A stretch of 64,000 nt of DNA from Narcine bancroftii (lineage: Eukaryota). The translations under genes and the position numbers were made by a program. The stretch is from assembly GCF_036971445.1 (NCBI RefSeq), contig NC_091469.1, forward strand, positions 482,546,001-482,610,000. Direction: 5' to 3'. Position 1 is the first letter of the stretch; each line of letters opens with the position of its first letter. The notes beneath the pieces are model-generated. The model had not been told where the DNA came from and ran no database searches. It saw nothing but the letters and a program-made list of their open reading frames with translations. This document shows positions 49,371-63,649 of the stretch, piece after piece.

Positions 49371-52300
49371 CTGGACGTGGGTTGACTTTCCTGGGTAGCA
49401 CACAAAGTTTATCTAGTACATCTCAGTACAGATGACAGTCATTAAATGGTTACAACAGCTGTGACAAAGAGGTCCAGAGTGGTCTGGGTCACCTTCTGCC
49501 AGCTGCATGTGGCAGGGGCAGTGGTACACCTGTTCCTCACAGGCCAACATCTCTCTGAACCGAATATAAATTACAGCACCGTACAGGCCTTTTGTATGTT
49601 ATGCTAACCTACGTAAACCTATTCTACATCAATCTAACCCTTCCCAACTACACACCCATAACTCTCTATTTTTCTGACATCCATGTGCCTGACTAAGTCT
49701 TTTAAGTGTCCCTGTTGTACTAGCTTCCACTACCATCTCCAGCTATACACTCCAGACACCCTATGCTCCCTGTGTCGAAAAAAAATCTCAACTCTGATAT
49801 CTTCCCTAAACTTTCCTTCACCCAAGCAGATGCCAACTGCTATTTGCCGTGATACCCCAGGAAAAAGATACTGGCTGCCCACCCTATCTCTGCAGGTCAT
49901 AAACATCCTTCATTGATCCAAAGAGAAAAACACAGGTTATATTAAAGGCAGAGATTGACAGGTTCTTAATTTAGCCAGGGCATCAAAGGCTATGGGGAGG
50001 AGGCCGGGCAGTGGGGCTGAGTGGGAAAATGGATTAGCTGATGATAGAATGGCGGGGCAGACTCGATGGGCTGAATAGTCCATTTCTGCATCTATGTCTT
50101 CTGGTCTAACCTTGCTTCATAACACACGTTCTTCATTGCATCCTGGTAAATCTCCTCTTCATCTTCTCCAAAGCATCCACATCCTTCCTGCAATGAGGCA
50201 ACCAGAACTGATCGCAATACTCCTGGTGGACAAGTCCACGTTAGACACAAAAACATCTTACGGAGTTAAAGGAGTTGTATTAGCAACCAGTGATGGGTTC
50301 CTTTCAAAACATTGACTAATATTTGAACTGAAGTGTGTGCAGCCCTAAGGTTATGAATTAATTTGGATCTTATTACTGAAATGCAGGTTGCTTAGCGACA
50401 CAAGTAAAAGATTCTTAAAAAAAGCTGCAGAAACTGCCTCAGAGCACTTAGGGAGATGGATAAGTACACACTTCAAGGCCTGTAGCATCCTGTCTTACTG
50501 CTCGACACAACTTCCAACAATACTGGGCCATCAGGAATTAAAAGATGCATACAGATTTTGACCCCTACTGCCTGTTCATCCACCTTATTGCTTTTGACAC
50601 CAAACAACTTCTCATTCCCCACAAGGTCTTGGCCAACACTCCTGGGGTGGCTTTTGAAACACCGAAGTCTCCAGATGCTGTAGTAAAAACACACAGATGC
50701 TCCAAGTGCTGGAGGAACTCAGCCGGTCGCGAGCCCTTCTTCAAGATATAAGCAAAAAGCAGACAGGCATCTTAATTAAAGCCTGAATGGGAGTAAGAGA
50801 AGACCAGAACAACAGTCACAAGGTATTATTGGATACAAGTGTAAAGGTGAGAATTGAATTTGGCTCTGTGAAAGGAGTGAGAGAGAACTAGAGTGAAGGA
50901 GACAGGGAAAAAGGTCAGGGTTTGACAGACATCGGAGAAGTAGATGACAATGCCATCTGTTTGGAGGGTGCCCAGCAGAATGAGATGTCGTTCCTCCAAT
51001 TTGCAAGTGGTCTCAGTCTGGCAGTGCACGAGATCATGGACAGACATGTCAGCAAGGGAATGGGACGGGGAATTGAAGGGAAATCCTGGTGTGGTGTTGA
51101 GGCAGTTCTGCTGTGATCAAGATGAAAAGTTAAATTTCCTGCTTCCTGATTTTGGATAAAGAGCAGGAAAATGTATATTCACCCCATGCATTCAGCAACC
51201 CGACTAAACCCTACTAAACCCATCTGCTCGAGCACCAGGAGCCTGGAGATGGGCGAGTGTCCAATCCTTCATGGAGGTCAGGAATGAGAAGAAATGCTGG
51301 TTGAAGGAATGGATTTAACAGACGTCAAAGAAATGTAGTCCATAGCTGCTTTGGGAAAGCAAGACATGCAATGGTGGGAGGGAGAGAGCCAGAAGGCATT
51401 GTGGGTGTAGGATCCAGAGGGAGAAAGCTGGGAGGATGGGAACTGAATGTACATTCACAGCAAAAGTCCATTATTTTTCCTTACATTGCCTCCATATGTT
51501 CTTTTGCACTAACTGTAACTGTGAATATTTATTTATCCTTTTATATTATTATTTATTTTTATGTCTTGGCACATTGTGGTACAGGCCCTTATCCCTTTAT
51601 CCATGATTCCAAAAACCGAACATTTTTCTACTGCAAGTACAGTATATTTTCAGGTGTTCTAGAGAGAGCAAGGAGAGAACGCAGCTTTGGTGAAGAGCGG
51701 GGAGAGAGTGAAGAGAGAACATGACCTGAAGAGTGTGGAGGCCCGGCAGGGGAAAGGAGAATTTGAACCCGCCAAGCTGCCGGGTGCTAAGCTCACGGCC
51801 TGGGAGGAAGGAGGAGAGAAGCGAGCCGGCGCCGAGGTGTATTATGTATCAACATGCATACATATGATGTATAATGTAAAAGTAACTTGCATTATAGCAT
51901 ACACATGTATTAATAACATGCATTACATCATACATGATTATTAATTTGCACAGTCATACATGTAATATAAAACACATCAAAGGCCTTTGTGTTACAATCC
52001 ATGCATTGGAGTCCTTGTATGGGTCTCAGCTAAGCCCATCTTAGTGTGTGATGAGCAGACCACCCTTCATTCCAGTCCTACATGAAGATGCTGCCCATAC
52101 TTAATTAAATCAACTCTAAAGCAAGTCTTTATTCATTGCTGGTCACATTCCCTGCTGCCCGTGAGCCATTCAGCCTCCTCTGCTTTCTGCCCTGCCTGCC
52201 ACAGGTCTTCCCTGTTTCCAGTCACACCTCTCCCAGTTTAACCCACTAGTTGATGGCAAGTGACCAATCATCAATTGTTTCTCTTCCCACAAGGAGGGCC

Positions 52301-52489
52301 TCGCTTGCTTAGCATTTCCGACACTTTCCCCCCTGGATTTCCCACATCTGCGAATCTACTAATGCCTTTGCGATCTGGATACACCCAAGTTGGCATTTCA
52401 CGTCATTGTAGATCGAAGTGGAAGAGAAGCTCGCATGGGAGTGAGGGGGGCGGTAGTAAAGGAATTCGCTGAGCTCCTGGGACAGACAT

Positions 52490-54370
52490 AGAACCGTAGA
52501 GCATAGACGCAGACCCTTTGGCCCTTCTAGTCTGCGCCGAACTATTATTCTGCCCCATTCCACTGACCTGTGCCTTATTCCTCTATACCTCTCCCATCCA
52601 TGTACCTGTCCAAATTTTTCTTAAATGTTAAGAGTTGAGCCTGCACTCACCACTTCAGCTGACAGTTCGTTCCACACTCCCGCTATTCTCTGTGTGAAGA
52701 ATGAAACTTCACAACTCCCCTTTCACCCTTAACCCATGTCCTCTGGCTGATATCCCACCTACCCCCAATGGAAAAAAAAACTACTTGCATTTACTCTGTC
52801 TTTAATCCATCATAATTTTAAATACCTCTATCAAATCTCCCCTCATTCTTCTGTGCTCTGGGGAATCATGTCCTAACCTATTTAAACCTTCCCTTTAACT
52901 CAATTCCTCAAATCTTGGAAACATTTTAATAAATCTTCTCTGCACTCTCAATTTTATTGATATCCTTCCAGTAGTTAGGTGACCAAAGCTACACAAAATT
53001 CCAAATTTAGCCTCTGCAATGTCTTATACAATTTCACCATAACATCCCCACTTATACTCAATACAGGTATTCCCCTACTTACAATAGTTCGATTTTTCAA
53101 AGCTACGAAGTTTCAAATCCATACTTTCAATTTCAAATTCTGATCGGTGCTTGCGATATTGGTGATGCTACTCTCTCGCGATGCTGGGCAATGGCAGCAT
53201 CATGCAGGAGTATTGTACAGCATACTCCCTCACGATGCTGAATCAACCATGCTCACAGTCTCTGTAGCAATCGTGCGGATGAGTGAATTGATGACCCTTT
53301 TGCTCGAGCATCCCCATCCAGCAATTAATTTTGGTTCAATGGTTCATGCCCAGTGTGCTTTCAGCTGTGTATGTTAATAGTTGTTTCAGGGTGGAATAGA
53401 AGTTATTCAAAATTTAATTATATAAATGGTAGGCGCTGGTGGTGATTTTAATTGTGTTTTGGAACCTTTATTAGATAAATCTCCGAAGAAAGTTAAAAGA
53501 TCCAAGATGACAATTCAGTTTCAAGCATTGATGAAAGATCTTAATTTAGTAGATATTTGGAGATGTCTTAATCCGACAGAGAAAGATTTTTCCTTTTATT
53601 CATCTAGACATGAATCGTTTTCAAGGATTGACTTCTTTTTAGTATTGGCACACTTACAAGGGAAAATATAACAAGCGGAATATAAAAGTAGGGTGATTTC
53701 AGATCTGTTATATTTTCCATATGAAACTTCTGAGAAAATTCAATTAGCTTATCGTTGGAGATTTAAAACAATGTTAAAAAATATGGAATTTATTGATTTT
53801 TTGAAAAAACAAATTAATTTTTTTTGAAAGAAAATTCTAATTCTGTTCAAAGTAAGTTTGTAGAAAGATACAAATATGATTGATATTAATAGATGGCATG
53901 ATGAGATGAAATATTGTTTAATAATGGAAAAATTACATATGTTTCACATGATAATTATAATTTTTTTATTAATAAGTGGCTGTTAAACTCAGAATATTTA
54001 CATTTCAATTTATATTGATTCGATTTTAATATGCAGATTTAATTTTTTTTAATATTCTTTCTTTTTTATGGCTCTCCTTAGGAGAGTTGGCTGAAGGGGG
54101 GGGGGTTTCTTTTCTTTTTTAAAAATATATATATATATGTTGATGTTCGTGTTTAATTGCTGTATACGTCATATATTATTTGTTTTTTGAACGAATAAAT
54201 AAAGTTTTAAAAAAAATTGTAGGTGCAGTATTCTTTCTCGACGTACAATTTTTTTTGGGTTGCCAGAATGAACTCCTATCCTAAGTTGAGAAGCACCTGT
54301 ACTTTGATTTAGGAAGGCCAAAATGCTAAAAGCTTTCTTTACGACATGATGTACATGTGATCCCACTTTA
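52490..54370 (-). mobile_element. CR1 3' fragment interrupted by a TA-flanked DNA transposon (53064-54299) that itself contains an L1 fragment (~53437-54216)
   Basis: CR1 flanks rejoin as tactcaata|ctttgattt. TIR-like ends caggtattcccctactta / taagttgagaagcacctg with TA TSD. Internal GGDFNCVL..LVDIWR..SRIDFFL (L1 endonuclease) plus a poly(A) tail. Confidence 0.75.
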
Positions 54371-57300
54371 AGGGAATAAAAGATTTGTACGAAGAGGCCT
54401 TTCATGCCGACCTTTTGGTCCATCCACACTGATGCCATGTTCCAGCAATAGGACCGCATCCTTGTCTGTTTAGTTGTCTTGTATAAATGCCTATTAAATG
54501 GAATCTTGTACCCGATTCCAGCATTTCCTCCAGATATCAACCACTCTGTAGAAAAAACAAAGTCCCTCAGATCCCCAAGGTTAAAAGATAGAAGCAGAAA
54601 AATTGCAAGAAGCTACAAGTTTCTTGACAAAGTTATACTTTCAAAAAAATTAAGACATGAACCATATATTTATTATAATGAAAGGATTTATTTCTCTCAG
54701 GAATTAAGACAGCAAGTCCTGAATACACTATACACTAAGCAATACATAAATGACAGATATAGACTGGTAATTGTAGCACCTATTGACATAATCTTCCTCT
54801 TAATCACAAAGGTTACAACATTCTATATTAATGCTATATACACAAGATAACTAAGGTGTGTTTATGTAGTAAAATATAGAATTAAGATACTTATGACTGA
54901 TACACAAATTTGATTTTATTTATTTTTTCTTAAGTCTAATGCTTTACTAAACAGCCAAGCTAAATTTTGGCCTTGTATCCATTGAATATTAATCGTAGCA
55001 TTTCCCTATGTTCAACAAGCTGTCTGCTGCCTGAATAAGGCAGTACTTATGCAGCCAGCAATATTGGTACAATCTCACTTCAAAAAAAAATCTCTCAGCA
55101 AGATAGTGGAATAACTACAGTACGAAGCATAATTGCTCCCCCATCTCCCCTCCCCCAATCAACCAACCCCTCTGGTTTGTGTAGAAAGGACTATTAAATA
55201 GGAATAAGGTGCAAGATTTCATGGTAAAAAATAGCTTACTGAAATGAAGCAGATGAATAAATTTGCCCACCATATTGCTCAGTACAGCTAAAGTAACATT
55301 CACGATGAGATGTGGATGTCAACACAAGGTTAAATGCTCCAATTCAAATATTAAACCTTTCAACTCTGACCTTCAAACTTAACAGCCTTTGAACTTAATG
55401 TATCCTTTAAGAAAACCTTCCAGCAGAACATGTCCAAAAGTTTAGTCAATTCATCCGCAGGAGGCTGGCAGACAACGGTGTGCCGGACAACAATACCTCC
55501 AGGAGGAACAGAGAAGTGAGTTCAACTGGAAAAGGGGTGAGAGTTCCTGAAGTTGTCACAATTAGAAAGGAGATTTTCAAAATCAAAAATAAGACTCGGC
55601 AAAGGCAGTGCCACCAAAACAGAATAAAACCCTCTTAACATTCTTGTTCTGAGACTCAATTGCATTATGAATGGGTGCAATACATAACCTGTGTACATTT
55701 GTCTTGCTCAATGCCCATTTATTGCTTACTTTGGGAAAAATTTTTGTCAAGAACTTTTTTTCTTTTTTTTTTTAAAAAATAGGATCATGGAATTTAATAA
55801 CCACACCCGCCCCGTGATACGCAAAAAGATCTTGGCTCAAACGCTCCCTCTGGCTTGAAGCCATAGTTCTAAGGTAAAGGAACACTGGAAACACATGATT
55901 CGCCTCAAACCTTTTCTGTGCAAACGTCACAATTCCCCTTGATTTACGGCTTCACGCCGATCGACAAAGGTCAACGTTTACAGCCTCTGTGGTGGATGGA
56001 TCCCCTGCAGGAGGGCAGATTTTAAAGGAAGATTTTTTTTGTGCCAGTGACCAGCTGTGGTCTTCTATGGTAAAACACTAAAGTTCAACGAAAAGCTAGG
56101 AAAGTGCTGAGTCGTTAGTATTGAAAAGAAGCATCAGGGTGCCTACCCCTTGGTTTACTATTGCTTAAAGTGTGATTTTACTCCAGTTCCTCCTTTGCAC
56201 AATGAGCAAAATAGGCAGAATTCAAAAGTATCAAAAACATTTAATATTAAAAAAAGTCCTATGTCTTTACAATAACCAACTTTTTAATTTTTATTTAATA
56301 TTTTAAACTCTGTATCCGATAAGAGCACGATAAAAATACTGTGATGCTTAGCTGACACAGTCCTCCTCTCCTCTGTACAATGACAAATACTGCACGTTAA
56401 ATTCTCTGATAAAATATAGCTTGCTACTTAAACAGTGCACTTGCAAGCACGCTTTCAGACCCCCATCACTTGTCTCTAGAAGTAACAATGATTCTTCAAA
56501 AACCCACGCAAGAGAAACAAGGGGCTACTCCACCCCGATACAAGATCGTGATTATTTATATGATTAAAGCTGCTGATTGGTTTTGAACATCATTTTGGAT
56601 TCAATTATTTCAAATGAGCAACCCCATCCTCCTTCATCGTGGATGAGATGACAAAGGAAGGGGCGCTCGATAATTGCACAAGGAGTAACCTGTGATGTGG
56701 AGGCAGTGTAGTGTACAATATTGTCTGAAAAACCAATGGCCTTTTTGGGACCCAAACCAATCACTGCAATTGTAGTTAAGTTTCGTAAAGCAAGACTGGC
56801 CACCAGCCTTTGCGTAATAATGCTTTAAATCCGAGGTTAGTGTTCAAGTTTTGAAAAAAGTTTGCTAGTACCCGTTAATTGAGCAAAATAAAGTAAATTA
56901 AAATGGTAATCTAGGGGAAACCTTGTTCAACTCTGCTGGTACCTCCCAACCATCTACAGTGGACCATGAAAACACCAGCAAGGTCCTGCAGGATCAGGTC
57001 TGCGAACAAGAATGAGAGAAGTAGGACCTGGTAGAGGCCACTGAACCCACTGTGATCCAAGAAGATAAGGACTCTCTGTCTTTAATCCCAATTCCCTATA
57101 AAATCCCCATGTTTCCTGATTGCCCAAGTATCCTAAACATCCATCAATATTGTCTTGAATAGAGTTAAACAACCATTGCCTTCTGGGATAGAGCATTCCA
57201 AACATTCAAAAGTCTTAAAGTTGAGGAATTTTTCTTCATCTCAATCCTAAATGCCAAAGGCAGTGAGCCACTGGATCTACCTTCCCCATTATCTCAACAT

Positions 57301-60300
57301 TCACTCTATTGTGCTACATAAAATCTTATGCTTCAACGAGATCTCCTTTCATTCTTCTAAACGCTATGGTACATATGCCAAGCACACTCAATCATTCCAA
57401 ATCCAACAATGCTTGAACTGAGTAACCTATCGAATGAAACCACGATGTGTGGCCTCACCAAGACCCAAGGTAACTGCAGCATAAAAAACAAACTACTGGA
57501 GGAACTCAGCACCTGTTGGGGGTTGGGGGAGGATGGATCGTCGAATTATTAAAATTCAGTCGACTTGTCCTCGACTCAAATGTGAACAATCACTCAACCC
57601 TCACCTCCCCCACCCCCACCAGATGCCAAGTTTCTCCGGCAGATGGTTTTTCTGCTCCAGTTTCCAACATCTGCACTCCTTGTGCCTACACTATGATCAC
57701 ATGCTTGCTCTCCAATTCCTTTGCAATGGAAGCAAACCTACCATTTGGTTTCCTACTTACCTGCTGCATTTCCGATGGAAAACTCTCTGTTCTTCGCCCT
57801 CAAACATTTACTTCTCAGAGCCCACCACTTCGGAGGTGAAGATGTCACAGGCAACTTGGGCTTGCATTGGTCAGCTTGACGCAAAGGATAAGAAAGCAAT
57901 TGATCCCTCTTGGGATTTCCATTTGACAACCTGACCACCTACTGGAAGGGTTACCAAAAACAAGCTCCATTAAGTTCAACACAATCGATCACAATGTTCA
58001 CTTGTCTTTGGATACAATCACATCGGAAACTGGACTAGAAAGTCCTTGGTCATGGCCACTCGATGAGGTTTGACAGTTCCTGCCTGAAGCACTTCTTGAA
58101 AATACCAATGAAAACTATGTTACAAAGACATAAAAGCTTTAGACTGGAGCACACCTCCAGATGAGTCCACTGCAGCTGGAAGCATTGGAAGGGGGGGTGG
58201 GATGGAAACATTTAAATTCAGACATACAGCGCGGTAACGGGTCCTTTCGGCCCATGAGCCCCTGCCACCCAAATGACGTACAGCCCCTGGTACATTTTGA
58301 ATGGTGGGAGGAAACTGGAGCACCTGGAGGAAATCTATGCAGACACAGGAGAATGTACCAACTCCTTACAGACAGTACCAGATTTGAAGTCTGGTCGCTG
58401 GCGCTGTAACAGTGTTGCACTAACCGCTACACTAACTGCCGCCCCTTTCTGTGATGTGCACGCATAACTGTCCACAGTCGCAGACCAATGCACTCTCAAC
58501 TTTTAAGGCAACATTTTTAAGAGAAATTTGTTTGTTTCCTTGGCAAGACCAGATTTCCTACTAAATGTATTTAATTTTTTTTGGATAATATATCCTAGCC
58601 ATTGAAAACTGTTCCACCTAATTACACGCAATTAACCCCATACATTTTGGAGGGTGGGAGGAAGGTAGAGTGCCCGGGAAAAATCCACGCAGGTCACAGG
58701 AAGAAAGCACAAAACTCCTTACAGATAGTGCCAGATTCAAACCCGGTCGCTGGCACTGTAACATTAACTGTGCTTCCCAATTAAGAATGCGAAGATTTAA
58801 TGAACAGAACAAAATCCCTTACTCAATGCAGAGTGGAGAAAGAAATACAATCACCAATATTGTTTGGTAGCTGAGATTTCTGTGACCTAATGAACCTTGC
58901 TTGACTGCAACCATGTGACCTTTTTTCCCACTTCAGTTCATTGCATCTTTTCTGTGGGATGCACAGTAGGACTTGTTGCATCTCCTTCAGGGTTTTACGA
59001 GTTTCCTTCCTGCTTTGCGTCAAACTCCCCTGGACCAGCTCTGTAACAGTCTGTCCTTTTTTGTATGCCATTGGCCAGAAAATGCTGATTCCGACAATAA
59101 TACCCTCCTGTTAAGACAGTGCCCACGATTAAGTGCTTACATTGTGCTCCAAAACAAAAACTATAGCCCAGAGCTGGAGTGGCTTCTGAGGGGAGGGAGA
59201 AATAGGGTTCTGCCCAGGCAAATGACTTCTACTGAAGAATTATTTTCCACGATCAATCTTTCCAGTCTTCCTCTCTTTGGTTTTATATATTTTTTTTAAT
59301 TTAGATATACAGCACGTTAACTGGCCCTTCTGGCCCATGAAATCGTGCCACCCAATACAACCAATTAACCTACAAACCCCTTAGATTTTGGAAGGTTTCT
59401 GGACTTTCCCACAGCTGGAGCTCTTTCACCCTTCAAATGTTTAGATTTACAGACAGACCCTTCTGGCCCACGAGCCTGTGGCTCCTACATACAATGAACC
59501 TACAACACCTGATGTTTTTGAAGGGTGCGAGGAAACTGGAGCACCCGGAGGAAGTCCACGCAGTTATGAGAGATTATTGAAATTCCTTACAGACAGTGTC
59601 GGATTCGGACAAGGGTCATTAGCAATGAAATGGCGCTGGGCTAACCCCGCCTCCCCTTTACACAATCTGCTGGAACTCAGCAGGTCGAGCATCAGTGGAA
59701 GAGGAAAAAAAATGATCAAAGTCGGGGGCAGTAACTGCTCATCGGAACCTAGTGCGTGAGCTGATGAAGGCTTCTGCCTCTTGCCTCTTCCACTGTTGTG
59801 ACCGGCCCATTGAGTTCCTTCAGCAGACTGCCTGTTCCTCCAGATTCCAGCATCTGCAGCCTCTCGTGGAACTCCCATTTTCACCCTCACGTCAATCAAT
59901 TCCAGTGTAGGCCACAGACCATGGTTAAAACACCGTCCTAGTTCACTTACACCACATCCACATTGGCTGCTAAAACGCCGTCCATTTGGTGCATTCCAGT
60001 TCAACTTGCCACCCACAAGCACGACTCGTTTTCACCTTGTTAGACAGCAGGTTCTATACTGGAGGCTGGGGAAAGGGCTGCGGCAGAATGGAGAAGGATT
60101 CTACATTACCCTGCCAATTAAATACATCAGGAACACATTGATAAAGGGGCCACTCTTCGCCCTCAGGATGCGCACTGCATCAAACCTGTACATTCCCTTC
60201 TTGCATTATATGCTGCAGGGATATTTGTGTTCAAAAATTCCAACACAAAGATTTTTTTAGTGAGCGGTTAAAGTCTATGGATGTCTTTAAAAGTGGTTCA

Positions 60301-60569
60301 GACTAGTCCATACTAGTCGTGTCCTATATAATATTAAAAAAAATCCTTTTACCTACATCATTACTGTAAATATTACACCAAAATAGCTTTTTTTCTTATG
60401 TAAGTTATGATCTTTTTTCCAAGGTTCATTGACTCTTAGACCCCATTCTAAGTACATTAGCCTCCTTTGGTTATATTCCTTTCAGGTCACAGTATATTGA
60501 ACATCACACCTGGGGAGCACCTTTGAGTGTTTCTTGTTCGGAGAGGGAAAAAAAAACACTCTTGTCCGT

Positions 60570-60943
60570 TCAGTTGTTGTTGGCATTTATCCGACCAGCT
60601 GGAAAGAGGGGCGGAGGTGGGGGAAGGTGGGGAGGAGGAGGGAGAGTCGGAGGGAGGGAGTGCAGGAGAGGCAGTGGCAGGGAGTGCGGATGGGAGAGGA
60701 GAGGGTTGGAGTTGGGAGGTGTGGTGGAGGCGAGGCTCAACGGGTTGCTGTCCGCCGTGATGGGGTTGGTGACCCGGAAGCACTTCTCCTTGTGGGCCTT
60801 CAGCATGTTGGAGAAGCGGAAGCGCTGGCCACAGACATCGCAAGGGTATGGCTTCTCGCCCGTGTGCGTCCGCCGGTGGCGCTTCATGTTCGGTCGACTG
60901 GTGAAGCTCTTGCCACAGATTTCACAGATGTATGGTTTCTCCC
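60570..60943 (-). CDS. ZBTB47: ZBTB47 terminal coding exon (last two C2H2 fingers and Pro-rich tail); upstream exons lie beyond the window
   Basis: CTTGCAG|GG acceptor (phase 1). Encodes [58 protein letters not shown]. The tail [23 protein letters not shown] matches ZBTB47 rather than ZNF652, and ZBTB47 is a known KLHL40 neighbour. Confidence 0.9.
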
Positions 60944-61525
60944 CTGCAAGCAAGCAGAAGGTTCATTCCGTGGTTAGAGACAGGGTGACCCAGCAACTGC
61001 ACTGCCCAAGCACAGCAGAACAGAGTGGTGACAGACACCAATCATAATACACTCCGACACCACAAAAAGACCGCATGCTGTGAATAATATCCATTTTTAA
61101 AATTTATCATCTCTTTTTAATTTAATTTAGACTAACGTAGTTCTTGAGTAAAACACAAAAGTCTGGAGACACCATGATTGAAGTAAATACACAACACTGG
61201 AGAAACTCAGCAGGCCAAACAGTGTCCCTTATGTAGTAAAGATACACAACCAACATTTTGGCCTTGAGCCCTTTATCAAGGTAGGAACAAAGTGTAGGCA
61301 GGTGCCCAAACAAAATGGTGGGGAGTGTGGAGGGGCAGAGGGAGGAGCACATTCCCACAGACATGAGGCAATAGGTGGATAAGAGAGGGAGGCCACACCA
61401 GCAAAAAAGGGGAAGAGGGGATGTCTCTGTGATTGGAGAAGGGAGGAAAGGGGGTGGAGAGCTGGAGGAAAGGCAGAGGGTTGGGGAATGGGGAGTAGGC
61501 GAGCAGAAACTGGGAAGTCAATGTT

Positions 61526-61626
61526 TCTTCTTTCTTTGGCTTGGCTTCGCGGACGAAGATTTACGGAGGGGTAAATGTCCACGTCAGCTGCAGGCTTGTT
61601 TGTGGCTGACAAGTCCGATGCGGGAC
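61526..61626 (-). mobile_element. Very short RTE 3' end insertion with TSD
   Basis: Nearly identical to 38190-38290; flanked by agtcaatgtt at 61516-61525 and 61627-61636. Confidence 0.85.
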
Positions 61627-62234
61627 AGTCAATGTTAATGCCATCATTAATGTAGTTCATGTTCTTAATTTTGACATGAAATACCTGTTCAGCTCCAGCA
61701 TGCATTTCAGTGCATATGCATAACATGTACAATAATGAATATTATCATTATATGGTAGTAATCCACACAAAACACTGTACTGCGGGGTCTTTGGCACACT
61801 GCACCTCTCATGGCTCTTTTGAAGAACTAGTCAATGAGTCCCACTTTATCAAAGGCATATCAGTTAAACGTCATATGTGGCAATCTTAAAAGAAAACCCA
61901 CCAGAAGTGTTCAGTCTTCATAAAGAGGTTTTAACGATGCTTGACCAGTGAAAAGAGAAATGCAGGGACTGGAGATGCTGGGACATTTCAGGGACAATGA
62001 AAAGAAGGAAGGACTCAGCAGGCCAGGCAGCATCCTGCCAGTCAACGATTCAGGTCGGGACTGTCTATCAAGATAGTGAAGATCTCTGAAGGGTCTCAAC
62101 CTGAAATGTTGACTACCCATCTCTCTTCATGGATGCTGAGTCCCTCCAGCATCCCTCTTATTCAGCAAAAGGCAGCATCAAACCGCGCTAGTGAGCAGAT
62201 TTCAACAATTACAGCACAGGTACACAACCCTTTC

Positions 62235-62475
62235 CCGAGTCATGCTGCCATCACTCTTTCCTCCCCTCTCCCACCTACCCGAGTCACTTTGCCATCTCTC
62301 CCCCCCCAGCCCTCCTGTGGTACTGCTGACTCTCCCCCTCGCCCGCCCGAGTCGCACTGCCGTCTCTCCCACCGCCCGAGTCGTGATGCCATCTCTTCCC
62401 CCCCCCCTTGCCCATCTGAGTCGCGCTGCCGCTCCCCCCCCACCCCCGCCCAACCGAGTCGGACTGCTGTCTCTC
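62235..62475. repeat. Degenerate C-rich tandem repeat with a ccgagtc core
   Basis: cccgagtcgc.ctgccgtctctccccc-like units recur ~6 times. Confidence 0.7.
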
Positions 62476-63649
62476 TCTCTCCCTCTGCTGTATCAGCACC
62501 AGGAAAAATGTGCCGGTTTTTGGATCCACTGAGAGCAAGTAGAGGAGGCGCAGTGATGGTCCACAGGGTTCTACCGCCCAGTCCAACTACTGATGGCTCG
62601 GTAAGCAAAGGGCTGGCACAGGGCACCAGAAGATGGAGAGACCACCACACTCGGCTGTGGATTGCTGTAGGCTGGCTAAGACTGGCTGGAGGGGAACCGG
62701 GATGAGAGAGTGTGCTGAGGGCACGGAAGGCTTTCTTGTCCTATCAGAGACTCGGATCTAGAGTTCGGGTTTCCGATGGTTGGAAATTAGTCTGTGTGGC
62801 TGAGGAGGCTTCGGGAGTGCCTGGGGGTGAATTTCTGCTGATGGGGAATCTGTCTGCCTTATAGCACACTCAAGCAAATTTTGTGTAATATTACACCAGC
62901 TTTATTACAGACAATCAAGGAATCTTGAAGATTCCTAATACAAGATCAGGTCACATGGCACAGGCAAAGCCAAGATTTGACAAGTGTCTTAAGATTACAC
63001 TGGAGTCTATATTTTCCACACAAAGCCATCAAGCTGAATCATTAAACATATACTGTATTCAAGGGGTTAATTGCAGTTCTTTGGGTGTAGCAGGAGATTT
63101 ATGGAGAAAGTTGGAACAACAAGATCATGGTGATAGCTTCTTCCCAGCAGCTAACAGGCTCCTGAACCCCTCAACAGTGCTGTCATATTGCCTTTCCTTG
63201 AACAGACTGACTTTTTTTTCTCCATTGGAATTCTCAATTCTGTCATTACGCTCTTGCCCTTCTACATGAATGTTGAAGGAACAACCCTCTGACAAGGTGC
63301 CAGATATGAGGATGATAAAAGGAGATCCATGGTTTTACGGTAAAGGTATTGGCATGGGTGGAAGACTGGCTGACTGGCAGAAGGCAGAGAGTGAGAATAA
63401 AGGGGGCCTTTTTACTGGCTGGCTCCTGGTGACTCATGGTGTTTTTAAAAAATTTTCTCAATTCATACAGCATGGTAACGGGCCTTTCAGGCCTATGAGC
63501 CTGCACTACCTAAATACCCCCTATGCCTTTTGAATGGTGGGATGAAACCGGTGTACCGTAAGGAAACTCATGCAGACATGGGGAGAATGTTTAAACTCCG
63601 TATAGACTGAGCTGAGATCGAACCTGGGTCGCTGGTGCTGTAATTTTTT

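Noticed and set aside
50220-50700. Possible exon of an additional gene in unique-looking sequence
   Set aside because: Short ORFs show no recognisable protein similarity or convincing splice pairs.
60570-60943. Assignment as ZNF652
   Set aside because: The fingers are shared, but the short tail ending GRINANNN matches ZBTB47; ZNF652 has a longer His-rich tail.
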